64,000 bases of DNA from Cyanophora paradoxa CCMP329 (lineage: Eukaryota; Plantae; Glaucophyta). A model generated the notes under the pieces. The model made no database searches and was not told the origin of the DNA. It saw nothing but the letters and a program-made list of their open reading frames with translations. The position numbers and the translations under genes were made by a program. Shown in pieces: positions 27,266 through 41,465 of this stretch. Where the stretch lies: the NCBI GenBank assembly GCA_004431415.1, contig QPMI01000062.1, positions 62,001-126,000 of the forward strand. The letters run 5' to 3'. Position 1 is the first letter of the stretch, and each line of letters begins with the position of its first letter.

Positions 27266-28217
27266 CAGTTTACGTACCCCAGTGGGCGATTCAAATTCGA
27301 AGAACCTCGTCCGGCCAGCACTAGTACTTGGCCAGCAGCTACGCATGCAGCTGGCAGTTGCATGCGAAGGATGGTACGGGGCTTGCGAAGTTCAATGCAA
27401 GGAATACATACTAGCTAGTACACATGTGCATAGGATGCAATGCATATGGTTATTCTAGATCTGAGCTCCAAGCATTTAATTTGCATGCGCATTCGGATCC
27501 GGATGCGCACGGACTCTGAGAATCGCAACGTCCGGACTGCAATTGCAACTAGCTATAGCTATATATATATATATAGCCTATAGACTGCAAGTGTGCGGTG
27601 CACTCTGCAGCACTGCCGCGGGCCTAGCCCACCGAGCTCACACCAAGCCCACCAAGACCCTAATCGATATCAGCAGTAACTAAACACACATGTGCACGTG
27701 CACTGGCCTCCTCATGATCAGGCCTAGGTGCACCTCCTCAGCCGCAGGCCTAGGGCTTTTTCGAATTCCCCCCCTCGCATTCGAATTCCCCTCGCCTCAG
27801 CAGCCCTTTTAATTTGCAGGGCTGCAGTACTAGAGCACTGCTGCCGCCGGCATTCAATTAATATTCCCCAGGCCCTCGCCTCGGTCACGGAATTCCTTTT
27901 CGGGCCTTTCAAAGTTCGATCGAAATTCCCCCCTCGTCTCGAGGCAATATCATAGTATTTCAATGGTCGACGTCCGGCCACCTGCATGCTGACGTACATG
28001 ATCATGAGCTACTTTAATTTACCGAGCTTCAATTTTTTTAAATTTACGCCGAGCTCGAGCTTTTTTAATTACGCGCGGGGGGTACGTACGCATCGCGTCG
28101 CTTCAGTTTAAGTGGCGCGTGTAAACGAGGTGTTTCACTTGCGAGCGGCATTTGCGAGCGCGCACTTGTAACTGAGGCGCGGCGTGCGAGCGCGTACGTG
28201 CGCTGGAGCCCAGGGGT

Positions 28218-30462
28218 ATGGAGGTTGATTCTACAGACACTATGCCCCCCGTTGTGTCGGCCCCCGTGCGCGCGCGAAATTGAAATCGCACCACTACGCA
28301 TGTGCTAAAATCTGATCGAAATCGTACCGCTTCGCAGGTACCGCGCAGGTCCATCTTGGAGCAAACAGAGGGAGGCCCTTCCGTTGTGCACACGGCGCGC
28401 CAGGCGTCCATCATGCCGCTCTCTGACCCTTCAAATTACAGCGACGCCAGCCCCCCGTCATCAATTGACCGAAGCCCGCGTACAGGTTCCGAGTTCACAC
28501 GTACCGCCGAAGAGAGTGGCAAATAAGGAAAATCCGCGGCGGGAGCAGCCGCCTCTACAGCTACAGCCGGTGCGCTGTAGAGTTCCCCTATTTTCTTCCC
28601 CGCTGAATCTGCCTCCCCAGGCCCTGGAGCAAACACCGGAATCCAGCGGGCGCCTTCAGCCGCGCGCAGCAGCGCCTGGCGCTCAGCTTCGCCCCGCCGC
28701 TCTAGCTTCGCCTTCTGTAGCGCCACCTCTCCAGACATCCGCCGCTTCTTCCTCCCGGCTATTGCTGCGCGAAGTGGCAGGAAGAGTCGAGGGGTCCGTG
28801 GAGTGCGCCGGTGACATCAATGTGCTGCGGCAGGCCGACCACCGGCGACCAGGCGCTTTCTGGAATTACGAAGCGAAGAAGGCATCGCGTCACGTGCGGC
28901 GGGGGCGCCCTCCCTGGGGCGTGTCGGCACTGATGCCCCTTCTCCCATGCAGTGCTTCATTCCGGCTGAGGGCCAGATGGAGGAGGTGCCGAAGAGCGAG
29001 TGGACTCCCTTGGAGACAAAGTTTCTTGGCACTGGCGGCTCCAATCCGTGGCGGGTGCGGATCTTTCGACCCACAAGTGTGCCTCCTGGGCCATCTGTCT
29101 CGCACGCCTCCTACATCGAGAGTAAGATCAGTGCGCTCACCCTCCCCCCCCCCCCCCCCCCCCCCCAACAGAGGGCGCGAGGGCAGCTTCTGATGGGTCC
29201 GAGTGCGCAGGGCTGGCTGCGGATCAGCTGCCATTGGCCGTGCCTCCACGAGGTGGTGGGGTGGAGAATCTGACATTGACATATGATGAACTCGAGCAGC
29301 GTGATATACACGGCGGTGTAGTTTCCATTGACCCCGGTGTGCATGACTTCTTGGTCCTGTACGCCCCAGACGGCCGCGTCATTGAGGTGCCACTCGCTTC
29401 CCCCATCCTTTCCTCCCCTATCATCAGACAACGGCTTCTCAGATCGGGCCCTACGAGAGTCGAGCGCGAGAGAACAAGCTGCAGAAGGCGTGGCTTTGGA
29501 TGGACATGTCAGTGCCACAGCCACAGCAATCGGACAATGTGGAGGTCGAGGATGGGCCTTCTCTGGGCAACGGGGAGGACCGCAGGCCCCGTGCGCATCC
29601 GAGAACTTTCCACGGGGCATCTTTCCTTGTGTACCCAGTTGATGCATCACTCCCCCCACCCCTCCTCCCCCCCGCGCAGTGCGCTCCCGCACGCGGCGCC
29701 GGCTCAAGAAGAAGGCACTCCGGGCCTTTGACCATGATCACAACAGGACTGTGGAGGCTCTCCGCCAGATTGCCCGGTGTGTGCCCCTATTTTCATTACC
29801 GTGCTATCATCAGCAAACCTACATGATCATCAGGTTCATGGTGTATAACTACAATGTTGTCCTGCTGCCGGAGCTCGAGTTTGAAACCAGCGATATGGCC
29901 CTGGTCTGCACTACCCATTCTGCCCGCTTTTTGAACCATGCCTTCTGCTGCTGGGTGCTGATTGCCCTTCCGCATTCGTAGATGCAGTGGACACACAATG
30001 AGTGCGTGCACACACACACACACACACAAACGAACCCCCGATTCCAACTCCCTGTCCCCCCCCCCCCCCCCCCCCCCCCCCCTTCCCCCTGTCCCTTGCA
30101 GGTTCCGGTGCATCCTTGCAGATGCCGCCACCCGTCACCGCCTGGAGTGCCGGGTTTACCTGGTCTCTGAACACCTCACCTCCAAGACGTGCGGGAAGTG
30201 TGGGGCAATCAATAACGACCTTGGAAGCAGCAGAACATTTGTTTGCCCCAACTGTGGAATTAAAATGCACCGCGACATGAATAGCGCTCGGTGCGGGGAT
30301 TTGGAAATTCACTAGAAGTTTCAGTGAAAGTTCTGTGATCCGGGCCCCTTGCGCAGAAATGTTCTGCTGCGGGTGGCGTCTGGTGTGGACATGGATAACA
30401 GGCTCCTTGCAGGCTTCACTATGCCATTTGTCTGGGGGGGCACCGTGGCACCCCAGCACTAA
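28218..30462 (+). CDS. Fanzor2/TnpB-family RNA-guided RuvC endonuclease, 12 exons, ~494 aa
   Basis: Introns 28266-28337, 28404-28485 (GC-AG), 28570-28620, 28894-28952, 29122-29171, 29387-29442, 29591-29679, 29777-29833, 29904-29981, 30002-30101 and 30291-30356 are all phase-compatible, giving a 1485-nt CDS. Motifs: VVSIDPGVHDFLVLYAPDG (RuvC-I), YNVVLLP, WTHNEFRCIL, VSEHLTSKTCGKCG...FVCPNCG (RuvC-II Glu plus C4 zinc finger) and HRDMNSARNVLLR (RuvC-III). The first three exons are less certain. Confidence 0.88.
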
Positions 30463-30700
30463 GCGTGTCACTCTCGAGTCTACTCGTAACTAGACTAGTG
30501 ATGGTGTCCTGACCGGATCGGAATTTGCTATCTGCCAAAGCTTGAACGTATAGTGTCCTGCCCGGACGGTCATAATCATGATGCTCAATAGAATTCGAAG
30601 CTTGAATTCCGAAGTTCGAGTGCTGCAGCTGTCAGCCTGGCAGGCCGCAGTCAATGTCCAATGCGCGTGCCACGGTGGTGGCACTGTGTGTACGTGTGGT
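30430..30700 (+). ncRNA. Candidate omega-RNA (Fanzor guide scaffold)
   Basis: Overlaps and follows the Fanzor stop, as in TnpB/Fanzor loci. Stems: CTGGGG(30432)/CCCCAG(30451); TCACT(30468)/AGTGA(30497) enclosing AGTCTA(30477)/TAGACT(30491); GTGCCAC(30667)/GTGGCAC(30678). Extent is a guess. Confidence 0.4.
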
Positions 30701-31069
30701 AAGTGACTCGTGATCGCTATTGGTGACCATAGGACCGTCGGACATGTAGGCATACACTCAGTGACTGTACACGCATTTTTAATTTTAAGCATCACGATCA
30801 TGATCCCTTGCCAAGTTGCCGTGACTCAGGGACAACCTTCAGCTTGCAACCTTGGCAAGGTGACCTTGACCGCCCCAAAACCTATCTTGCAATTGATCAT
30901 GAGGGCAAGGACTCCGGAACCGTCAAATTCCTTGTAAGAGCCATCCCTACAAAGGTGCAGAGCTGGGGAACGTGCTGTCGCTATGTGGGGAACATTTGGC
31001 CTTTCTTCCCGTAGCCTCCTCTTCCCGTAGCCTCAATTCAATGAGACGATTGCGAAGTGCATGAAGGCA

Positions 31070-31897
31070 TCAAGGAATCTTGGTAAAGGGTGCGTAATCT
31101 TTCGAGCATGTGGACCACGCCTTCTCGAACGCGGCGAGTGGCTCTTTGCACGCTGGATTTGGGGCCAAAGAAAGAAGCACCCTCCTCTTTACGCATTCCT
31201 GGTTCAACAGTTGACAGTCAAAATGATTATCGGACGTGGATTCTTTGGAAGGCCGTACCTCATGATGCTTTCTAAATTTGAGATATCCCCTGCCGAGCTC
31301 AGAATCGAAGCTGCACTCCCCTGCCGGGCACGTGCACCCTCAACGAGTGCGAGATTTGGCGGATTTCGACCCCTCAGCACCTGAGAGGCTTGCCGCCCGG
31401 ATTTCGGAGCACGCGTGGTGCACACAGTCGTCCCAGCGGACCTACACGATACGCAGAGTCAGCACGGAAAGTTGAGCCCCGTCCGGGCCGAACGAGCGAA
31501 CTTTGGCGCGGCACTCGTCGTATGCGTGGATAAGCTCATGCGTGACTAGTTGTTCCGCGTGTATCAAGTTCTCTACACGGTTGCCACACAGGACTATATC
31601 GGCCGCATCCCCTCCCTGAGTGCGATTCAGTACGATCGCGCACTGTTGTGCGCTGACGCGAACCTGCGCGGGCCGAAACCCTGCACCGATCCCTTGCTCG
31701 CAGGTCTGGCAGTTGATGAACTTCTCGCGATCTACAGCGCAGCCGAGCCCCTGCAGCTGCTCGAGGAGGAAAACCACGAGCGGGCCTGCGGACAGTGAGC
31801 GGCGCGGTCGCCGCGCGGAGTGCACGGACGCGGGCACATGCGCACTCTTCAGCGCGTGCGCTTTCAACTTCGCGCACCGCTCAGCATCGTCGGACAT
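31070..31897 (-). CDS. ATP23: Mitochondrial inner membrane metalloprotease Atp23
   Basis: LVTHELIHAYDECRAK (HEXXH), WDDCVHHACSEIRAASLSGECSF and ECVKRRVLLSL...CSKDYAPFTKIP* (TGA 31070-31072). Confidence 0.93.
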
Positions 31898-32172
31898 CTC
31901 TAGATAGATCTACCGGATCTAATTGAGTAACTGTTGGCCGAGCTGATCGGCGCAGCGGTTCAATCTGACTCGATCGATATCGATATCAGTGAAGTGCACG
32001 TCATGATCAGCTGCAGTGGGACTGCCGCGCGCCGGCGCCGCTGCAGTGCGCATAAATCATCAAAGCCGGATCTAACCCCCGTCCAACCAAATCGTAATCG
32101 TGACGTATGAGCTTTCTAAAGCTACAGCTTCAGAGATATAGTACTACGGAAGAGAGCACAATGATCCGCGAA

Positions 32173-32770
32173 CTACACGCCTTCCCTAAAGGAAGCAATA
32201 TCCTTAAGCATCTCGTCCAGCTCAGCGTCGTCAAAGCGATCGAGGGTGGGGATCAAAGCCCTCGCTTCTTCTGCTGTCTCTGGGCACAAGTTCACGAGCG
32301 ATACCAGTTGGAAGGGCTCCAGCTTCTTATCGCCCGAATGCCGACCTTCAAGCATGCTGCTTCTGGGATTAGAGTGGCCTGCCAAAACTCGACAGAGGAG
32401 CAAGCAGCATTGCACCTTCGCAGCTCACTGACCGCTTGCTGGTTCTTGATCCTGCTGAACCGCTTCGTGTACGCTAGCGTTTTATGGAAGGTCCTGCGCT
32501 AATTTCGATCAGAACGGGCGAGCAAGGCTACGGGGCGCCTCTGCGAACTGCGTGAGATTCTTGCTGTCTGCCTCGCCCGAGAACGATTTGCTCTGTCTGT
32601 GATCTAGAATAATCGCCACCTCAGAGTTCTGCACAATGAGATAAGAGCGCGAAACGCGCGGCGAGCGCGAGTACACGGCGGCGCCCGCGGCTGACCGTGA
32701 GAACATGCGCATCGGCGAAGTCCTTGCTAAACTTTAGCAGCGCCGCATCCTCGCCTTCCTCGTTCGCCAT
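32173..32770 (-). CDS. RPB4: RNA polymerase II subunit Rpb4
   Basis: [39 protein letters not shown] and [27 protein letters not shown]. Confidence 0.93.
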
Positions 32771-33090
32771 AGACGTGTTTTAAGCACAGCGCCGGCGCTT
32801 CCAGCGGGCCGTGGTGTTGGCGTTAGCGCGGAGGGCTTCGCGAGCCGCACGAAACCCGAGCCGAGCCGACAAGATGAGCTGCTGAGCTTTTCCTGCTGAG
32901 CTGCAGCAGGCGGCGGCGATAAAACTCTCAGTCTTTCACTCTCCCTGGGGGTACGTGTGGAATAGCTATAGGGCCCTCAGAGCCCACACTACCGCAATAC
33001 TAGTGCGGCAAGCTAGCGCTTGCAATTGCGCGTTTCACGTGGATTCGCGAAAAAGCTACCGTATAACACTTATATATGCCGCGCACTTTA

Positions 33091-33291
33091 TTATGTCATC
33101 CCCAAATTATGTCGCCGACATTTTGCTATAACGACATAATTTGGGAGCGTCATAATTCCTGGGCGCCATACAAAATTACCGCGCCCCATACAAACCTCGA
33201 ATTGTACATGTATAGCGACATAATTTGGGAGCGTCATATGTCACGCACGGGAGTCCAGGTTTTATAAACGACATCACAGATGCCGTCATAT
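33091..33291. repeat. Cluster of inverted and direct repeats in an AT-richer intergenic region
   Basis: CCCAAATTATGTCG (33101-33114) and its perfect inverse (33132-33145); 23-bp direct repeat CGACATAATTTGGGAGCGTCATA at 33132 and 33216; degenerate copy near 33268. Confidence 0.85.
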
Positions 33292-34470
33292 TTAAGTGTT
33301 ACACGGTAGATCGACGATTCGAAACACAAATATCGGCCTTGGGGAAAGGAGAGGCCCTTAGGTCTGTGCCACGGTGCCTGCAGCTGTCCTGTCCGTGGAT
33401 TCAAAATGCGATTCACGGCAAAATTTTTGGACCTAGGTACCCGTTTTCGACCCTGGGGAGCACGATGGCCGAGGCGGTTTTCCTATGAGAGGCCTCTAAA
33501 GGGCACTAACAGCACGTCGAAAAGCACAGAAAAGCATTTTCCTGGAAAAAAATAGAAAGCGTAAATCACATTGGCCTTCCAAGTCGAAATTTGAAAATTA
33601 TTTACTTCAAGAGACCGCACCCCATTCGCTAGGAAATAGTTTCCAAATTAACGAAGCGCCGCGTTGCCGGCCAGCAAATTTGTATAAGACAGGGTCGTAG
33701 TGTGCCACGATGTGGGATTTACATATATTTGATGGGTTAGTTGAAAGATAATTTAAATAACCAATTTAGACAGAGCCTTATTACTGCGAATTACATTCGA
33801 ATGATTCATAGATTATTATCAACCACCTCCAAAAAGCGCCGAAAAGTCGTTTTAATTCAACTGAAATGACCAATGGGCCCCTCGGGGCCCGTACTCGGTA
33901 CTATTGCGACCGATTGGGCCCCGCATCGATATCTGTACCCTGAAAGCTGCGGCACAATTCTGTACCCTCTAGATCTCACTTGAGCGTCTACCCTTGCCGA
34001 GTGGCCCCCCTATTTCTCTTAAGCTTCCCCCTCCCTGTGTAACCGCGCGCGTTTGCGCGCCCCCGGTTAAAAAAAGAGCAGCCACCATCACGCCTTGAAG
34101 CCCCAGGACCCCAAGGCCACTCCTGCTCCGCAGGGACTCGCTTGTTAATACGCGCGCTTGATCGCAATCATGAAATCGTTTGACCATAAACGTTTTTAAG
34201 CTCAGCAGCTCTCATAATCAGTGATCACATGGCGTCTTGCCGCAGCAATCGAGATCCTTGGAGGCTGCGTTTCTCCGCACAGGGGCTTCAGGATCAGCAC
34301 GGACGTTGACTTGCGCAATATGGTAATTGGTACCGTTTACGTAGACAGCGGCTAGCTCCTAGCTACTTGTTTTAGAGGGGGGCCCTGGCCCCCTCCATGC
34401 ATATGAGGGCTACAGGGGATGCGAGGTAGGGGGTACTATGCAAATGAGAGAAAGGAGACCGGCCATGACA

Positions 34471-37488
<3,018 letters not shown>

Positions 37489-37544
37489 CTCGGCCGCTCT
37501 CTGGCCCCTTGCGCTGCGTGCTGGAGCCGGGCGGCCAGAGCTTC

Positions 37545-37552
37545 TTTCCCGC
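37545..37552. promoter_or_regulatory. E2F consensus site upstream of MCM7
   Basis: TTTCCCGC about 60 bp upstream of the MCM7 ATG. MCM genes are classic E2F/DP targets, but an 8-mer can occur by chance. Confidence 0.45.
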
Positions 37553-37958
37553 CAGGTCCGGGTACAGCGTTCCTCCCGATAAAAAAATGGATCATCGGAT
37601 CAAATAGATCGAAATCGGCTTCAATTCGTGCACTAGATCTGGACGACGTCGACCATCGCCGCGCGTGCCGCCCGATTGCAAGCCGCGATGCAGCACTCGC
37701 CGTACGCGTGCGGGCAGCTTTCGCTAGCTATAGTGTCCCTGCTGGGCCAGCTTGCTAGCGCTGGCCTGGTGGGCTATAGCTAGACCCGCGACACGTTGCC
37801 GCAGATTACGTGTACGCTTTCCACCCTTGCAGCCCCGACGTTGCGATTCAGCTCAGGTCCAAATGCTGTCCAAGGCTGGCTTTCTGATCGTATGCAGTGG
37901 ACAGGCCAAGAGCTAATAATCCTACCCGGGCCCCATGCCAGATGGTGGAGGGCAGCGA

Positions 37959-38695
<737 letters not shown>

Positions 38696-39300
38696 CTAGC
38701 TCGAATACGTTTCTTAGCTGAAGAACTCCTAGCTGATGGAATCGCGCTCGTGGCGCAAGACTCGTCCGAGCTTCCGAAAAAGCGGGAACCAAATTGAACA
38801 AGCTCTAGCGGCGAACGCCTCGCTGGCTGGATTCTTGCAGCTGCGCAAGACTTTAAAAAACCGGCGAATGCCAGAAAGATGACCGGAGCTCGAGGCTGCC
38901 CGCCGGAAACCGGAAGCGCGCGGCGAACGCAGTGAGCTCTACCCCTAGCTAGGCCAGGCTTTGGCACTTTGCAGCGCTCCATGGCCAGCGCTAGCGCTAG
39001 CTCATGATCAGCGAGCAAATCAGTCACTATATAGCTATAGCTATAGATCTGCTCCGATCAAGAGCTTTGCACTGGCGTTGGCTTATGCATTCACAGGGCA
39101 GGGCTGAGCTCGATTGGTTCGTTCATTGAGCTGAAGCCTGAAGGCCAACGCCACAAGATATCCAATAGGAGTCTTCTTGAAGACGCGATGCGACACTCGC
39201 CATGCTCCGTGTCCGCCGTGTGATTCAGTTCGTCTTGGAACACTATCTAATCCTGCCTAGGGAGGGGTGGGTGTATATGAAAGGGTTATGGAGGGCGATC

Positions 39301-40022
39301 TTAGTCCTTCTTCCCGGAGGAGCTGAACAGGAACGAGTCTGCAGGGCAAGCGTGACATCAATATGCGGACAGCTGGGGCAGGTTCTGGGACATACCAGCA
39401 CTGTAGTCCATGGAGCACAGGATAATTGCGGCTGATGCAGCTACAGTGGCCTGGAAACGAATCACGAAATCAGTTGTGCGAGTTGATGATTGAGTGCTGT
39501 GAACACGCTCGACAGCTACGCACAAGGAGAACGCCTGTCCACATGGCCAGCTGGTACCTGAGCAGTGTTCGCGGAGGTGGTCTTCGTGACAGCCACTAAA
39601 TGACCACTATCTCGCACCTGTTGATCTCCTCGTCAGTATAGTACGACGGGTCGGTCTTGTTGTACTTCTGGTCGCCCGAGTCGCTTGACGAGCTCTCCGC
39701 TAGCAGTGTGCTGTAGGGTATGTCACGCGCAGCCGCTACGCAGTTCGGCGCAGGACGGTTTCGCACCGGCCATTCACTGTCTCCGTCCCTGCAAAAGGCA
39801 AGGCCCATCAGACACGATGCTATGGCCCGGTCGCGGTCGGCGCACCGGCTTTCGACTCGTGCACGATGCTAGAAGTGCTGTCCGGGGCCTGCCCCACGTC
39901 CGCCGAGGCGCACGCCAGCATGAGGGCCACGCCGACCACCTGGGAGCGCGGAGTGAGCTCCGAGACGCATGCCCGCGTTGAGCTGCATCGCGCACCACCG
40001 CCAGTGTCCTAGCGAACCGCAT
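39301..40022 (-). CDS. Miniature ATP6AP2/(pro)renin-receptor-like V-ATPase accessory protein (~119 aa)
   Basis: Hand-spliced model: signal peptide, ...NGRTLLAE..., then YTDEEINRYQLAMWTGVLLATVAASAAIILCSMDYSADSFLFSSSGKKD*, matching the Renin_r TM-MD-x3-DS-hh tail pattern. Confidence 0.6.
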
Positions 40023-40138
40023 CTTTGACACGACCTACACGATGCGATGCAAATTCCGTAGCCCCCTACCGCCCCCCCCCCCCCCCCCCATTGGGACGCG
40101 TGCTTGGCTCACTTCTCTCCGTTGCGGCCAAAACAACA

Positions 40139-41188
40139 ATGGCGCTCTTCGTGGGAGCCGCGCTGCCAACGCCATCCCGGAAGTCAGCACCTTTTCTCCA
40201 GTTGGCGCCGGCGGCGCCCGCCGCGTGCCTCAGCGCCGCCAGCCGGCTGCCCCGCGCCGCAGCCGGCGGGGAGCGCGGCAAGCCTCGGTACGCATTATCC
40301 GGCGTACGTAAGGAGCGCCACTTCATCGCTGCACCCGTTGCGTCGGCCGTGAGCGCCTTCCTCCGGCTTCCACGCTCTGCCCGCAAACTTGAGCCGCAGG
40401 CCGGGCCTCCGCGCGACGGTGGCGGCAGCAGCGACGATGTATCAAGACTGAATGCGCTCCTGAACTCTTCCGACGCGCTGGACGGTGCGTGTCGAAGACT
40501 GGCAATCATGGGAGACCCGAACAGCCGTCCCCGATTAGCACAATCACTGATTGCACGCGCAGGATACTCGCTCCGTAACGTGATCCGGGGGAAGTGAGTT
40601 CGGCAGCGTGCAATGCGCCCGCGGCCAGGTTTAACGCCGCGGCTTAGGTACGGCAAATGCTATGACATCCAGCTCCGCCGCGTGGCTGCGTTAGACGACC
40701 AGATTGTGCTGAACATTATGTGGCGGTATCTCGAGCAGGCGCGTCGTTTCTTGGTCTCTGGATTTCTCTCATGGTCATGCCGGCGCTAGCGCTCATCCTC
40801 GCCCGACAGGTATCTTTTCCGCTGACTGAGCTCGAGTACCTCGAGAACTGCGAGGCAAGCGACAGCCTGCGCATTTTTTTTCCGGAACATTCCAAACCTG
40901 ACCTCGCTCCAGGCGATCGCCCAGATCATCAACTCGTGGGGCAAGCTCGAGCCCTGGCATTTGCCCGTTGCCCCGGCGCCCCCTGACGTCTCGGCAGGCC
41001 TCGCCTCGTTCGTGCAGAAAGAGATACAGACCACGAAGAAGAGACCGCAAGTGGGGAAGGCGGTCCGCCGTGGCCCCGGCCCCCAGCTTCCAGCCGACGC
41101 CCCCTGATTTCGGGTCCCCGCTCAGGTTTCGATCTTCCTGCCCGTCGACAAGGACAATGCACGACGCGCCGCAGAGTGGCTTGCGTAG
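40139..41188 (+). CDS. DUF3067 family protein, plastid-targeted
   Basis: MALFVGAALP transit peptide; GK|YGKCYDIQLRR...NIMWRYLEQ|VSFPLTELEYLE and KKRPQVGKA|VSIFL match cyanobacterial/plant DUF3067. Confidence 0.85.
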
Positions 41189-41465
41189 CCGATAGACACC
41201 CTGCTGTAATTTATTCCTCTTCGCGTCCCCGGACCCCTGTAATCTATAGATGTGCAGATCTCAGAGTCTTTCGTTTACTCGCACAACTTGCAAGCCCATC
41301 GCAAGTTGTGAGCTTCGATCGCCCCCAGCTCTAGCATCATTCAAAGAACAGACCGAGGGGCCGGGGCGGGCGGACGCGAGGCAGGCGGCCGCAGCGGCTC
41401 TAGAGGCTGCGGAGGATGGCGTCGGGGCAGGGGACGTGCCTGGATGACAAGGGGGACAAGAGGCT

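Larger units (their letters stand above)
27724..30700 (+). mobile_element. Putative Fanzor2 (IS607/TnpB-derived) element; ends not defined and no transposase seen
   Basis: Contains the Fanzor CDS, short repeated motifs upstream and hairpins downstream. Lies in an island without housekeeping genes between BiP and ATP23. Boundaries are inferred. Confidence 0.45.

Noticed and set aside
31003-31034. Short tandem duplication (CTTCCCCGTAGCCTC / CTTCCCGTAGCCTC) as a target-site duplication
   Set aside because: The copies are adjacent rather than flanking an element, and lie in the probable ATP23 3' UTR.
25900-31050. IS607 serine recombinase or other transposase partner for the Fanzor
   Set aside because: No YxRVS serine-recombinase, HUH or DDE motif recognised in the island, though a heavily spliced remnant cannot be excluded by eye.
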